DNA of 64,000 nucleotides from the NCBI GenBank assembly GCA_963796455.1, contig CAWCLO010000010.1:160001-224000 (forward strand). Direction: 5' to 3'. Within the stretch, counting starts at the first letter, position 1, and the number at the start of each line of letters is the position of its first letter. Under the pieces are notes generated by a model, which saw nothing but the letters and a program-made list of their open reading frames with translations, was not told the origin of the DNA and did no database searches. Shown here one piece after another: positions 1 to 10,121 of this stretch. Position numbers and translations under genes: made by a program. The DNA is from Candidatus Sulfomarinibacteraceae bacterium (GTDB taxonomy: Bacteria > Acidobacteriota > Thermoanaerobaculia > Thermoanaerobaculales > Sulfomarinibacteraceae).

Positions 1-1052
1 AGTCGACGATAGGCCGCTTTGTCGGCACCTTCGAGGCTTTTGCGGTCGACCACCGGCTTATCAGAGAAATAGAGGGCGAAGACCGAACCGATCTGATTGA
101 TGGTCATCGGTCTTTCAAAACGACCACCGAGTGCAAGGAGCCCCTGAACCAGTTGATCCGTTCGTTTTTCGAGGTGCTCGTAGACCGAGTCGTTCTTCAG
201 AATCGACAGAACCGCCTCGGCGGCTGCCAGCGAAACCGGGTGGGGCGTAGGTAACGGATCGAAGTCGTTGAGGGCCTCCTGTTCATCTTTGAAGGCCACC
301 ACACCAATCGGGAAACCACCGCCGAGGGCGGCCCCGTAAACCGCCACGTCCGGGACGATCCCAGCCCGTTCGGCAAATCCCCCACGATGAACCCGAAAAC
401 CGGAGACCCGCTCGTCGAGAACCAGGAGCACACCGTTGTCGCGGCAGGCCTCGACGATTTCGTCAAGGGCTCCCGGTGGAGGGGGAACCACCCCGAATCG
501 CCCCATCAACGGGTCGAGGATCAAACCGGCCAGTTTGGGCCCGCCGCTTGTGATCGCGGCGATGATTTTCGCCACGTCCCAACCGGCAACTTCGCGAATC
601 GGGTTGGATGGATCGATGGAGAGTTTTGCCGGCGCGCCGACCCGCAAGGGCGCCCCGCCATCAAGGACCAGGAATTTCTTATTGCCCGTGACCTGACGCA
701 GCCAGTCCAGAACCTGTCGAAAGGCCTCATCCTGGCTTCTGCAGAACCACCAACTTTTGACCCACGGGACAAAACGCCCGAGGTTGGTGGCGAAATCGAC
801 CTCCTGGGGCACATGGAATCCCTCTGGAATCCCGCCAACAAGAACCCGACGTACCGCGTCTAAAACAAACTGGTTGGCAAAACCGACGATGGCCGAGCCA
901 CCGGCGCCCATAAAGTCGATGTAGCCAACATTGTCAACGTCGAAAACACGGGCGCCCTCCGCCTTCTGGGCCACCAAAACCTGGTCAGCTCCTGAACGCA
1001 ATACTGGTACGGTGGCTGCCTTTTGAATGAGTTCGTCGTGTCGTCGACCCAT
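1..1052 (-). CDS. Class-III aminotransferase / glutamate-1-semialdehyde aminomutase (HemL)-like protein, degenerate; 3' end runs off the window
   Basis: Not in the ORF track because it is open at the edge. My manual translation from ATG 1052: MGRRHDELIQKAATVPVLRSG...GARVFDVDNVGYIDFMGAGGSAIVGFA...LVLDERVSGFRVHRGG...PDVAVYGAALGGGFPIG, which follows the HemL motif order. Confidence 0.8.
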   Translation of the reverse strand, partial: MGRRHDELIQKAATVPVLRSGADQVLVAQKAEGARVFDVDNVGYIDFMGAGGSAIVGFANQFVLDAVRRVLVGGIPEGFHVPQEVDFATNLGRFVPWVKSWWFCRSQDEAFRQVLDWLRQVTGNKKFLVLDGGAPLRVGAPAKLSIDPSNPIREVAGWDVAKIIAAITSGGPKLAGLILDPLMGRFGVVPPPPGALDEIVEACRDNGVLLVLDERVSGFRVHRGGFAERAGIVPDVAVYGAALGGGFPIGVVAFKDEQEALNDFDPLPTPHPVSLAAAEAVLSILKNDSVYEHLEKRTDQLVQGLLALGGRFERPMTINQIGSVFALYFSDKPVVDRKSLEGADKAAYRR

Positions 1053-1057
1053 TTTGG

Positions 1058-1267
1058 TCAGTAATCCCTCTCGTCCTGTTCGCCGTCTCCCCAGAAAAAG
1101 AAGCCTCGACAGCGGGCGGAACAGAAGCTCCGACCAAAGTCCTGCACCGCACAGTACTGGCAGTAGACGCTATGACAGATCGTACAGGACTGCAACTCAC
1201 TCTCGGGCACCTTGAGTACGCAGACCGGACAGGTTTTCAGTTCTTCCTCAGGGGTCTCGAACGCCAT
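1058..1267 (-). CDS. Small Cys-rich, probably zinc-binding protein
   Basis: MAFETPEEELKTCPVC...CTIC...CQYC...CSARC (four Cys pairs); stop lies 5 nt before the start of the HemL-like gene. Confidence 0.7.
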   Translation of the reverse strand: MAFETPEEELKTCPVCVLKVPESELQSCTICHSVYCQYCAVQDFGRSFCSARCRGFFFWGDGEQDERDY

Positions 1268-1327
1268 TGATTCGAGTATAACGTGAATGGCCGGAGGAGA
1301 GACCACCGGCAGCTGCCGACAACAGGC

Positions 1328-1356
1328 TAGACGAAGAAAGTATCTGCGGGTATAGT
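1328..1356 (+). promoter_or_regulatory. Sigma70-type promoter for the tRNA/tilS operon
   Basis: TAGACG-17 nt-TATAGT, ending 9 nt before the tRNA 5' end. Confidence 0.7.
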
Positions 1357-1365
1357 TCTCGGTCG

Positions 1366-1440
1366 GGCGGTGTAGCTCAGGGGTAGAGCAGGGGTCTCAT
1401 AAGCCCTGTGCCGGTGGTTCAAGTCCACCCACCGCCACCA
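1366..1440 (+). tRNA. tRNA with CAT anticodon, non-initiator (elongator Met more likely than Ile2)
   Basis: GGCGGTG/CACCGCC acceptor stem, TAGCTCAG D-arm, CTCATAA anticodon loop, GGTTCAAGTCC T-arm, encoded CCA; G1-C72 is paired. Confidence 0.95.
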
Positions 1441-1495
1441 GTTCAGGCCATCGATCTCAACCGGGATCGATGGCCTGAATTGGGTATGATGCCCC

Positions 1496-2833
1496 ATGGC
1501 CCTGACCGGTTTTGCAGATCATTTCCGTGCCGCCTTTCCGGACCTCCTCGGAAACAAGGTGCTGGTCGCTCTTTCTGGAGGGCCCGACTCGGTCGCGCTG
1601 TTGCATCTTCTCGCTGAGGAAGATCTCCACCTCGAAATCGAGGCGGCACACGTGCACCACGGAGTCCGCGGCATCGAGGCCGACAACGACGCAGCCTTCT
1701 GCGAGACTTTGTGTCTCGAACGCGGAGTTCCTTTTCATACATCCAGGATCCAAGCCACCGGCCCCCTCGAGGACGGTCGCGAAGGAACCTGGAGAAAACT
1801 CCGCTACGACGCGCTGCTCGATCTCAAGAAGTCCCTCGCTGCGGTCGCAGTCGCTACAGGACACCATCGCGACGATGTCGCCGAGGGAGTGCTCGTGCAG
1901 CTGCTGCGAGGCGGCGGGCCGCGCGCCCTCGCCGGCATCGCACAACAGACATCACGGGGCGTAGCGCGCCCATTGTTGCCGTGGTCCCGACGGGAGATCG
2001 TCGATTACCTCACCGAGCGAAGAATCGCGTGGCGCGAGGACAGCTCCAATTCCGATCTCGATTTCCTCCGCAATCGAGTCCGCCACAAGGCATTGCCAGA
2101 GCTCGAAAAGATGAGCCCATCGTTACGGGACCACCTCGTGCACCTTGCCAACGCCCTGGCTTCGAGCGAGGCCTACCTTGCCACTGAAGTGGCCGCAAGG
2201 GCCGGATGGATAGATCCCTGGGAACCCGAGGGTGGCGTCGCGGTTGAAACGATCAGCGGTCTCGCACCGCCTCTTCGTGCGCGATGGTTGCACGCTCAGG
2301 CACGCCGCGTCGGGCTCGCACGGGTGACAAGGGCCCAACTCGCCCTTTTCGAAGGCTTGATCCGGGATGGAGAGCCCCGTGCCGTGACGCTCGGCGGCCG
2401 ATGGGCGATCCGACAGGCCCGGGGCCGGCTCTGGCTCGAACCGCCGCTGCTGCCAGAGGAATACGCCATCAACCTCAGCAGAGGAGAAACGATCGATCTT
2501 CCGCTCAAAGGATGGAGCGTCGGAATCAGGGACGGTGGTGCGCCTGAAGAAACCGTTCGCTGGTCGCTGACGGTGAGCCGGGGATCGGTGGTGACCGTCC
2601 GATCGCCAAGAACCGATGATCAGATTTCGGTGTCGGGCGGGACGATCACTCTCAGTAACATTTTGGCGCAAAAACTGCCGCGCCATCTCCGCCGATCATG
2701 GCCCGTATGCTGCGAAGATGATAAAATTTATTGGATTCCAGGAGTCTGGCGGGACCCGGTGCGTTTATACTCCGAGGGCCCTGTATTGGAGGTGATGCGT
2801 CGTGAGCGACCTGCGAGTAATCTACAGCGCTGA
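1496..2833 (+). CDS. tilS: tRNA(Ile)-lysidine synthase
   Basis: PP-loop ALSGGPDS, HVHHGVR, TGHHRDD, EDSSN...RNRVRH motifs. Confidence 0.95.
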   Translation: MALTGFADHFRAAFPDLLGNKVLVALSGGPDSVALLHLLAEEDLHLEIEAAHVHHGVRGIEADNDAAFCETLCLERGVPFHTSRIQATGPLEDGREGTWRKLRYDALLDLKKSLAAVAVATGHHRDDVAEGVLVQLLRGGGPRALAGIAQQTSRGVARPLLPWSRREIVDYLTERRIAWREDSSNSDLDFLRNRVRHKALPELEKMSPSLRDHLVHLANALASSEAYLATEVAARAGWIDPWEPEGGVAVETISGLAPPLRARWLHAQARRVGLARVTRAQLALFEGLIRDGEPRAVTLGGRWAIRQARGRLWLEPPLLPEEYAINLSRGETIDLPLKGWSVGIRDGGAPEETVRWSLTVSRGSVVTVRSPRTDDQISVSGGTITLSNILAQKLPRHLRRSWPVCCEDDKIYWIPGVWRDPVRLYSEGPVLEVMRRERPASNLQR

Positions 2834-3323
2834 GCAGATCAGCGAGCGCGTCAAAAAGGTCGCCGAAGCCATCGCCGCAGACTACGCAGATCGTGAGCTG
2901 GTTTTGGTGGGCATGCTCAAGGGAGCGGCCTTCTTCCTCGCCGATCTGGCACGGGAGATGCCCCGTCCCATCGATTACGAATTTGTCGCGGTCACGTCGT
3001 CCATCGGCGCTCACGGTGAGGTGGTCAGCCTGACCTTTGCCACTCGGGTCGACGTCACCGACCGTCATGTCCTCGTTCTGAAAGACGTCTTTCATTCCGG
3101 AATCACCGAGAATTATCTCATCACACACCTCAGCCAACAGAACCCGGCCTCGATCGAGGTCGTCGCGCTGGTCGACAAACCACAGCTGCGGAGTGTCAAC
3201 CTGAACGCGCGGTACTCAGTCTTTGACGATGCACCGGACGGCTTTCTCGTCGGCTATGGTCTCGGGCCCGGACACGGCGAACACACGAACCGACCGGATC
3301 TCTGCGTCATCGAAGAAGATTGA
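2802..3323 (+). CDS. hpt: Hypoxanthine phosphoribosyltransferase-like protein with divergent active-site motifs
   Basis: LVGMLKGAAFFLADL, LVDK and FLVGYGL motifs; tilS-hpt-ftsH synteny. Confidence 0.8.
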   Translation: MSDLRVIYSAEQISERVKKVAEAIAADYADRELVLVGMLKGAAFFLADLAREMPRPIDYEFVAVTSSIGAHGEVVSLTFATRVDVTDRHVLVLKDVFHSGITENYLITHLSQQNPASIEVVALVDKPQLRSVNLNARYSVFDDAPDGFLVGYGLGPGHGEHTNRPDLCVIEED

Positions 3324-3414
3324 AAGACCGGGGCAAAGAGGGAACAATCCCGGTGGTCGGCGGGTTCTCCCAAGCGCCCGACACAGATCGAAGGGCGCCG
3401 GAGGGTAGCGAAGA

Positions 3415-5301
3415 GTGAATCAAACTGTACGAACCGTTCTGATGTGGATCGTCATCCTTGTCGGCGTCCTGCTGATTCTGCAGGTGCTGAGGGGCTACAA
3501 CACCACCAGTCGTGATATCTCCTTTTCTGAATTCTTGGATCGGGTCGCCGACGACGAAGTCCAGCGCGTCCTGATCAAGGGCGATGAGATATTCATCCGT
3601 TCCAATGCCGCTCTCGAGGAGTCCGCGGCGAGCCCGCGCTATGACCTGCAGACCTACAACCCCGGCTACGACGACCTGATTTCCGAGCTTCGGGCACAGG
3701 AAGTCGAGATCAAGGTCGAAAAGCCGGCGGACGGCCGCATGCTGACGGCCCTACTGTCGTGGGCACCCCTCCTGATTCTGGTTGGTCTGTGGTTTGTCTT
3801 CTTCCGGCAGATGCAGTCCGGTGGGACCAAGGCCATGTCCTTTGGCAAATCGAAGGCGAGGCTTCTGACCCCCGACCAGAAGACCGTCACCTTTGCCGAC
3901 GTTGCCGGGGTCAACGAGGCCAAGGAAGAACTCGAGGAGATCATCGATTTCCTCAAGGATCCGAAAAAGTTCACCCGGCTCGGGGGCAAAATTCCGAAGG
4001 GAGTGCTTCTGATGGGCTCTCCCGGAACCGGAAAAACCCTGCTTGCAAAAGCTGTTGCCGGTGAGGCCGGTGTGCCGTTCTTCTCGATCTCCGGATCCGA
4101 TTTCGTGGAGATGTTTGTCGGCGTCGGTGCCTCGAGAGTCCGTGACCTTTTCGAGCAGGGCAAAAAGAACGCACCGTGCATCATCTTCATCGATGAGATC
4201 GACGCGGTCGGACGCCACCGAGGCGCCGGTCTCGGCGGCGGTCACGACGAGCGCGAACAGACACTCAATCAACTCCTGGTGGAAATGGACGGTTTTGAAA
4301 GCAACGAGGGCGTGATCCTCATCTCCGCCACCAACCGTCCCGATGTGCTCGACCCGGCGCTGCTGCGGCCGGGCCGCTTTGATCGGCGGATCGTGGTCAA
4401 CCCCCCGGACGTCAAGGGCCGGGAGGGGATCCTCAAGGTCCACACCACCGAAATCCCGCTCGCATCCGATGTCGACATGGTGGTGATCGCCCGCTCGACA
4501 CCCGGTTTCTCGGGGGCCGACATTGCCAACCTGGTCAATGAGGCGGCCCTCCGTGCGGCGCGATTCAACAAGATGAAGGTGGACATGGCGGATTTCGAGT
4601 TCGCCAAAGACAAGGTCATGATGGGGTCGGAACGACGATCGCTGGTCATGTCCGAAGAGGAAAAGCGTCTTACTGCCTATCACGAGGCGGGCCATGCGCT
4701 GGTGGCCGTCCTGGTGCCCGAGGCCGACCCGCTGCACAAAGTGACCATCATCCCGCGCGGTATGGCTCTCGGTCTGACCCAACAGCTACCGCTCGAAGAC
4801 CGCTACACCTACGCCAGGAGCTATCTCGAGGCCAACCTCCAGGTCCTGATGGGCGGCAGGCTGGCCGAGGAATTGATCTTTGGTCCCAACCAGATGACGA
4901 CCGGAGCCGGCAACGATCTCGAACGAGCCACCGAACTGGCACGAAAGATGGTCTGCGAGTGGGGCATGTCGAAGACGATGGGGCCGCTCACATACGGTAA
5001 ACGAGAAGAGTCCATCTTTCTCGGCAAAGAATTCTCTCGTCACCAGGATTATTCGGATGCGACCGCGGTTCAAATCGATGACGAGATCCGGAGCTTCATC
5101 ACCACGGCCTATGAGAATGCAAACAGGATCATCAAAGGCCATGTCGCGGCCCTTGAGGCGATCGCCTCCGCCCTCCTCGAGCACGAGGTCCTCGATGGTG
5201 GCGAAATCTACGATCTTCTCGGAAAGAATTCCGATGTCGATGTCGAGGCCATCAAGCGCAACAAGGAACGAGCCGAAACGGAGGTGACGGGATCGGCGTG
5301 A
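3415..5301 (+). CDS. ftsH: ATP-dependent zinc metalloprotease FtsH
   Basis: Two N-terminal TM segments, GSPGTGKT Walker A, IIFIDEID Walker B, RPGRFDR, HEAGH. Confidence 0.98.
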   Translation: MNQTVRTVLMWIVILVGVLLILQVLRGYNTTSRDISFSEFLDRVADDEVQRVLIKGDEIFIRSNAALEESAASPRYDLQTYNPGYDDLISELRAQEVEIKVEKPADGRMLTALLSWAPLLILVGLWFVFFRQMQSGGTKAMSFGKSKARLLTPDQKTVTFADVAGVNEAKEELEEIIDFLKDPKKFTRLGGKIPKGVLLMGSPGTGKTLLAKAVAGEAGVPFFSISGSDFVEMFVGVGASRVRDLFEQGKKNAPCIIFIDEIDAVGRHRGAGLGGGHDEREQTLNQLLVEMDGFESNEGVILISATNRPDVLDPALLRPGRFDRRIVVNPPDVKGREGILKVHTTEIPLASDVDMVVIARSTPGFSGADIANLVNEAALRAARFNKMKVDMADFEFAKDKVMMGSERRSLVMSEEEKRLTAYHEAGHALVAVLVPEADPLHKVTIIPRGMALGLTQQLPLEDRYTYARSYLEANLQVLMGGRLAEELIFGPNQMTTGAGNDLERATELARKMVCEWGMSKTMGPLTYGKREESIFLGKEFSRHQDYSDATAVQIDDEIRSFITTAYENANRIIKGHVAALEAIASALLEHEVLDGGEIYDLLGKNSDVDVEAIKRNKERAETEVTGSA

Positions 5302-6152
5302 TCGTAGGGAAACCCGGGCGCCAGCTGCGCCTCGATCGGCTCTGGCCGCGAATGCGACCGGCTGTCATGGGCATCCTCAATTGCACCCCTGATTCTTTCT
5401 CTGATGGTGGTCTTCACCAGTCCTTTGAAGACGCAGTCGACCACGCCGCCTCTCTGATCGGGTTCGGCGCATCGATCATCGATGTCGGCGGCGAGAGCAC
5501 CCGTCCCGGCGCTCAGCCGGTAACCGCCCGAGAGGAGCGTGACCGCGTCATTCCGGTCATCCGGGAACTTCGGTCTCGATGGCCCGAGGTCGTTCTTTCG
5601 GTCGACACATCGAAGCCCGAGGTCGCTCGAGGGGCGCTTGCCCAGGGCGCCGATCTGGTCAACGACGTGACCGCGGCCGCAGACCACGCCATGCTCGAGC
5701 TCGTTGCGGCAGAAGGCGCCGGAATCGTTCTCATGCACATGCGTGGCGAACCGCGCACCATGCAAACAGACACCACCTACGACCACGTCGTGGCCGAAGT
5801 CCACGAATTCCTGAGGAGTCGCGCCGCAGCAGCGGTGGCGGCCGGCATCCCCGCACGACACGTCTGGCTCGATCCCGGCATAGGCTTCGGCAAGGACGAC
5901 GATGCGAATCTCGCCCTGCTGGCGGCCCTGCCCGATCTCGCGGCCCTCGGACACCCGGTGCTCTCAGGTCCTTCAAACAAGAGTTTCATCGGTCGACTGA
6001 CCGGCGCCGAGACCCATGATCGCCTTGCCGGGACTCTTGCCGCACTCATCCCGGTGCTAGGTATCCGGAGGTCGGTCGTGCGGGTTCACGACGCCGCAGC
6101 AGCGGTCCAGTTCCTCGAGGTCGCGAGCCGAATCAACGAGGCCCACCCATGA
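5298..6152 (+). CDS. folP: Dihydropteroate synthase
   Basis: [38 protein letters not shown]. Confidence 0.95.
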   Translation: MIVGKPGRQLRLDRLWPRMRPAVMGILNCTPDSFSDGGLHQSFEDAVDHAASLIGFGASIIDVGGESTRPGAQPVTAREERDRVIPVIRELRSRWPEVVLSVDTSKPEVARGALAQGADLVNDVTAAADHAMLELVAAEGAGIVLMHMRGEPRTMQTDTTYDHVVAEVHEFLRSRAAAAVAAGIPARHVWLDPGIGFGKDDDANLALLAALPDLAALGHPVLSGPSNKSFIGRLTGAETHDRLAGTLAALIPVLGIRRSVVRVHDAAAAVQFLEVASRINEAHP

Positions 6153-6955
6153 ATTGGCTGCTCGGGATGTTGCGCGAGTTGACCGACCTCCAGGTGTCGA
6201 TCGCCGATCTGGCCGATATTCTGACGGTCGCACTGCTGATCTATGCGTTGCTCGTCCTGCTCAGGGGCACGCGCGCGATGCAGATGCTGTGGGGGCTCGT
6301 GATCATCGTCGCGCTCTGGCTGGCCGCCTCGACCCTCAAATTGATTACCCTCACGACGATTCTCACCAATCTTTTGACCTTTTTGCCGTTTGCAATCATC
6401 GTGCTCTTCCAACAGGAGATCCGCCGCATGTTGACCGCATTCGGATCCACCGCGATCTTCCGCTGGGGCCGTCGCCCTGAGGAAGGCCCCGTGATGCTCA
6501 ACGAGCTCGCCCTCGCCGTCCAGGCGTTGGCCTCGCGGCGGATCGGAGCGCTGATCGTCATCGAACGCCGCGACTCCCTCAACTCATGGGCGGACACCGG
6601 AATCCCGCTCGAAGCAAGATTCTCCTACGATCTGCTCCTCAACATCTTCATCCCCGGGACACCACTGCACGATGGTGCCGTCATCATCCGGGGAAGCCAG
6701 ATCGTGGCCGCATCGTGCTTTCTCCCCCTGACCACGAGTCACGAGCTGTCGACCGAGCTCGGAACCCGCCACCGCGCCGCCCTCGGTATGACCGAGGAGA
6801 CCGACGGCCTGGTGGTCGTCGTTTCCGAGGAAACGGGCACCATCTCTCTGGCGGTTGAAGAGCAGTTGCTGAGGCCCCTCGACGAAACCACTCTCCGCAA
6901 CGCTCTTGCGGAACACCTCTTTCAAACCCACAGATTTGAACAGGCGGCCGACTGA
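6149..6955 (+). CDS. cdaA: Diadenylate cyclase CdaA/DacA
   Basis: Three TM helices, FQQEIRR, catalytic LHDGA and GTRHRAA motifs, VVSEETG. Confidence 0.93.
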   Translation: MNWLLGMLRELTDLQVSIADLADILTVALLIYALLVLLRGTRAMQMLWGLVIIVALWLAASTLKLITLTTILTNLLTFLPFAIIVLFQQEIRRMLTAFGSTAIFRWGRRPEEGPVMLNELALAVQALASRRIGALIVIERRDSLNSWADTGIPLEARFSYDLLLNIFIPGTPLHDGAVIIRGSQIVAASCFLPLTTSHELSTELGTRHRAALGMTEETDGLVVVVSEETGTISLAVEEQLLRPLDETTLRNALAEHLFQTHRFEQAAD

Positions 6956-7638
6956 TGCTGCGCCCACGCTATCCTCTGCAATTCCTGGTCGCACTGATTG
7001 CTGCGTTCCTCCTCTGGTACGCCCTCGCCGCTCAGAGAAGCGAAAATATCTCGGTTCGCGGCGTCAAGGCGCGGCTGACTCTGGTCAATATCCCGCGCGA
7101 TCTCGTCCTCACCTCGAGCGTGCCGGATACTGTGTCGCTGCAACTTCGAGGCCCGCTCACCAGAACTCTTGATTCGAGCAACCCCCCGGAGGTCCTGCTC
7201 GATCTGGCCGACGCCAGACCGGGCCTCAACTCCTACCCGATCAACGAGAGCGACATCCCGCTTCCGGCGGAGGTCGACGTGGTGAGCGTCGATCCGTCGG
7301 CGATCACTCTCGAGCTGGAACGACAGGAATCGCGACTGGTGCTGGTGCGCCCGGTCATCGACGGTGTCCCGGCGGCAGGATTTGTCCTCGGCGAAATTCT
7401 CATCGTCCCGACTCACTACACGATCCAGGGCCCCGAATCCAGGCTCCTGGCCTTGGAGTATGTCGAGACCAATCAGATATCCATCGAGGGAGCCACCGCG
7501 CCGGTCGACGTCGTGGTCCAACCGCTCATCCCCGACCCCTTGTTGCGCGCCCTCGGCATCGGTCAGATCCAGATCACCATCGACATCGTGCCCGAGACGC
7601 CACCCGAGGACGAGACCGCCGCCGAGGACGAGAGCTGA
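6955..7638 (+). CDS. cdaR: CdaR/YbbR-like regulator of diadenylate cyclase
   Basis: N-terminal anchor (ALIAAFLLWY), YbbR-like beta repeats, position between cdaA and glmM. Confidence 0.85.
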   Translation: MLRPRYPLQFLVALIAAFLLWYALAAQRSENISVRGVKARLTLVNIPRDLVLTSSVPDTVSLQLRGPLTRTLDSSNPPEVLLDLADARPGLNSYPINESDIPLPAEVDVVSVDPSAITLELERQESRLVLVRPVIDGVPAAGFVLGEILIVPTHYTIQGPESRLLALEYVETNQISIEGATAPVDVVVQPLIPDPLLRALGIGQIQITIDIVPETPPEDETAAEDES

Positions 7639-7696
7639 GTGGTGGTGTCGATCAAGGGGATTTCCCCAACATTCGTGCCGAACACTCCGGTGTCTC

Positions 7697-9025
7697 ATGG
7701 ATAAACTCTTTGGCACGGATGGTATCCGCGGGAGGGCCTATGAGGCGCCACTCGACGAAGCAACCGTTTGTCGTCTCGGGGTGGCTCTGGCCAGGGATCT
7801 TTCCGCCGAAAAAGAAGCACCCTGCATTTTGCTCGCCGGAGATACCCGCGCATCCACGACCGAAATCGCCCAGTGGCTTGCATCCGGATATCAGGCGGCC
7901 GGCGGGCGAGTCACCTGGGCCGGGGTTCTCCCCACGCCCGCAGTTTCACAATTCCTATGCGACAGCGGATGTTCGGCCGGGGTCGTGATTTCGGCATCTC
8001 ACAACCCTGCCCACGACAACGGCATCAAGATCCTCGGCCCCGGAGGCGAAAAGCTCGCCGATGATCGCGAACAACACCTCGAGGATCGTCTCGACGAGAC
8101 TGAAGTCCTGGTCGGGCCGGGTCTGCCCGAAATCGATGACTCTTTCCGCTCGCGCTACCTCGATCTTCTGGTCGCGACCCACGACACGGAGCACCCACTC
8201 GATGGTCTTCACGTGGTTGTCGATGCCGCAAACGGCGCCGCCTCAGGCTTGGCACAGGAGTATCTGGAGCGACTCGGCGCACGCGTTTCGAGTGTGGCTT
8301 CCGAGCCCGATGGTCTGAACATCAATGCCGAATGTGGTGCAACCGCGCCACATCTGCTCGCCGACAAGGTGCGCGAACTTGGTGCCGACGGCGGGATCGC
8401 ACTCGACGGCGACGCCGATCGTGCGGTCCTGGTGGACGAAAAGGCGACGATTCTCGACGGTGACGACATTCTCCTCGCCTGGGCGCGTGATCTCAAAAGC
8501 AACGATCAGCTTCCCGACGGACGGGTCGTCGCCACCGTCATGAGCAACTTCGGTCTCGAACGCACCCTGGGTGAAGAGGGCATGGAAATGATCCGATGTC
8601 CGGTCGGCGACCGGGCAGTTTGGATGACAATGAAGGCGAATGGCTCCGCCCTCGGTGGAGAACAGTCGGGGCACATCATCTGTTCGCGCTACGGCGTGTC
8701 AGGAGACGGCCTGTTGACCGGGAGCCACCTGCTGGCCATCGCCGCCAAACGCGGCATTCCGGTCTCGGCTCTGTCAAACCTCGAGCGTCTGCCGCAGATT
8801 CTGCTCAACGTGCAGGTCGCAAAGAAACTGCCCTTCGACGATCTCCCGACGGTCACCCACCATCTGGCCGAGACCAATCATCGCCTCTATCATCGGGGAA
8901 GGGTTCTCCTCCGGTACTCGGGAACCGAACCGCTCGCCCGGGTCATGATCGAGGGCGAGGATGCGGACGAGATCCAGGATCTGGCCGAGATTCTCGCCGC
9001 CGCGATCGAGTCCGAGCTCGGTTGA
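7697..9025 (+). CDS. glmM: Phosphoglucosamine mutase
   Basis: MDKLFGTDGIRG, SASHN, DGDADR, GGEQSGH, RYSGTEP; start reassigned to ATG 7697. Confidence 0.96.
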   Translation: MDKLFGTDGIRGRAYEAPLDEATVCRLGVALARDLSAEKEAPCILLAGDTRASTTEIAQWLASGYQAAGGRVTWAGVLPTPAVSQFLCDSGCSAGVVISASHNPAHDNGIKILGPGGEKLADDREQHLEDRLDETEVLVGPGLPEIDDSFRSRYLDLLVATHDTEHPLDGLHVVVDAANGAASGLAQEYLERLGARVSSVASEPDGLNINAECGATAPHLLADKVRELGADGGIALDGDADRAVLVDEKATILDGDDILLAWARDLKSNDQLPDGRVVATVMSNFGLERTLGEEGMEMIRCPVGDRAVWMTMKANGSALGGEQSGHIICSRYGVSGDGLLTGSHLLAIAAKRGIPVSALSNLERLPQILLNVQVAKKLPFDDLPTVTHHLAETNHRLYHRGRVLLRYSGTEPLARVMIEGEDADEIQDLAEILAAAIESELG

Positions 9026-9189
9026 GTTCGGGAGTTCTGAAAGAAAGGGTGATTCGCCCGGCCGCTCGATACTCGATGCTGGATACTCGATGCAGGATCA
9101 CTGCTGTCCAAAATAGATCGTCACCTGAAGTTTCCCACCTGACATCGCGTGGTTTACGGGTGGGTTTTTGGCATATCCGGTTCGCGGTT

Positions 9190-9524
9190 GCCCGTGTCCG
9201 TGCCCGCGTCCGCGTCCGAATTCCAGCGGCAGCGACAGTGTCCAGGGGCAGCGACAGGGATCAACGATCAGAGGCAGAGATCAGGGGCAGCGACGGCGTG
9301 ATCACCTCCGGGTCGTTCAATAGAAGGAACAGCCGTTGTCGTGTCGGCGTCTCGCCTGCACACCGTGCGGCCGAGACGGCCGCACCACCAAGGGCGGAGT
9401 CCCGAAGAAATAAGTGCTCTTCACTGTCCCGGCCGCTGATCGCTGACGCTGATGACTGAACACTGCCGCTGGCGACTGTTCGCTGCCGCTGCCCCTGAAC
9501 GCTATCCGAGACTCTGTCTTGGAC
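9190..9524 (+). mobile_element. Gene-less derivative of the four-helix-bundle element (inverted orientation)
   Basis: Reverse complement matches both ends of 50568-51310 (GTCCAAGACAGAGTCTCGGATA end, CACCTCCGGGTCGTTC box, CAGCG arms). It keeps only CCG AAG AAA TAA (9402-9413) of the gene. Confidence 0.75.
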
Positions 9525-9668
9525 AAGAGTGATGCTGGATGCTGGATCCAGACGTCGAGGTCTATTTCGAACCCGAGCCCGTTGCCGTTGCCGTTGCCGT
9601 TGCCGAAGGGGCAAGCGAAAAAGTTGAACCACCCCACTGATTTCGAACTCAAGCGAATGTCGCCTCCC

Positions 9669-9825
9669 GATGTCATCCTGAGCGGAGCGCCTTCGGCGCG
9701 AAGTCGAAGGACCCGTTCGACTCGCGCTGCTCGCTCAGGGCAGGTTCTGCGGTTTGATGTCTTTTCGTTTCATCTCATAGATCCTTCGACTACGCCCCTG
9801 TGGGGGCTTCGCTCAGGATGACATC
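9669..9825. repeat. REP/MITE-like palindromic element, copy 1
   Basis: Terminal IR GATGTCATCCTGAGCG / CGCTCAGGATGACATC, internal GTCGAAGGA/TCCTTCGAC IR; second copy at 14003-14124. Confidence 0.9.
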
Positions 9826-9940
9826 TTGAACGACAGTGCCGATCCGGATCCCGATCCCGTTCCCGAATGCGAAAACGAGCCGCCACATGGAGGGGGGCAG
9901 ATGGGCTGAAAAGCGAGTGCCCATGTGATAAGGGTCGGGT

Positions 9941-10121
9941 CTCCTCTGCTCCTCTCTTGCTCCTCGTCTGCTCCTCTGCTCCTTTCCTCTGCTCCTCTGC
10001 TCCTCTGCTCCTCTGCTCCTCTGCTCCTCTGCTCCTCTGCTCCTCTGCTCCTCTGCTCCTCTGCTCCTCTGCTCCTCTGCTCCTCTGCTCCTCTGCTCCT
10101 CTGCTCCTCTGCTCCTCTGCT
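9941..10121. repeat. (CTCCTCTG)n 8-mer tandem array
   Basis: 16 uninterrupted units at 9992-10119 plus degenerate units upstream. Confidence 0.97.

Noticed and set aside
1366..1440. tRNA as a prophage or island attachment site
   Set aside because: No integrase and no duplicated tRNA 3' end noticed; flanking genes are housekeeping.
9941..10121. CRISPR array
   Set aside because: Pure 8-mer tandem repeat with no unique spacers and no cas genes; the same applies to 14206-14370.
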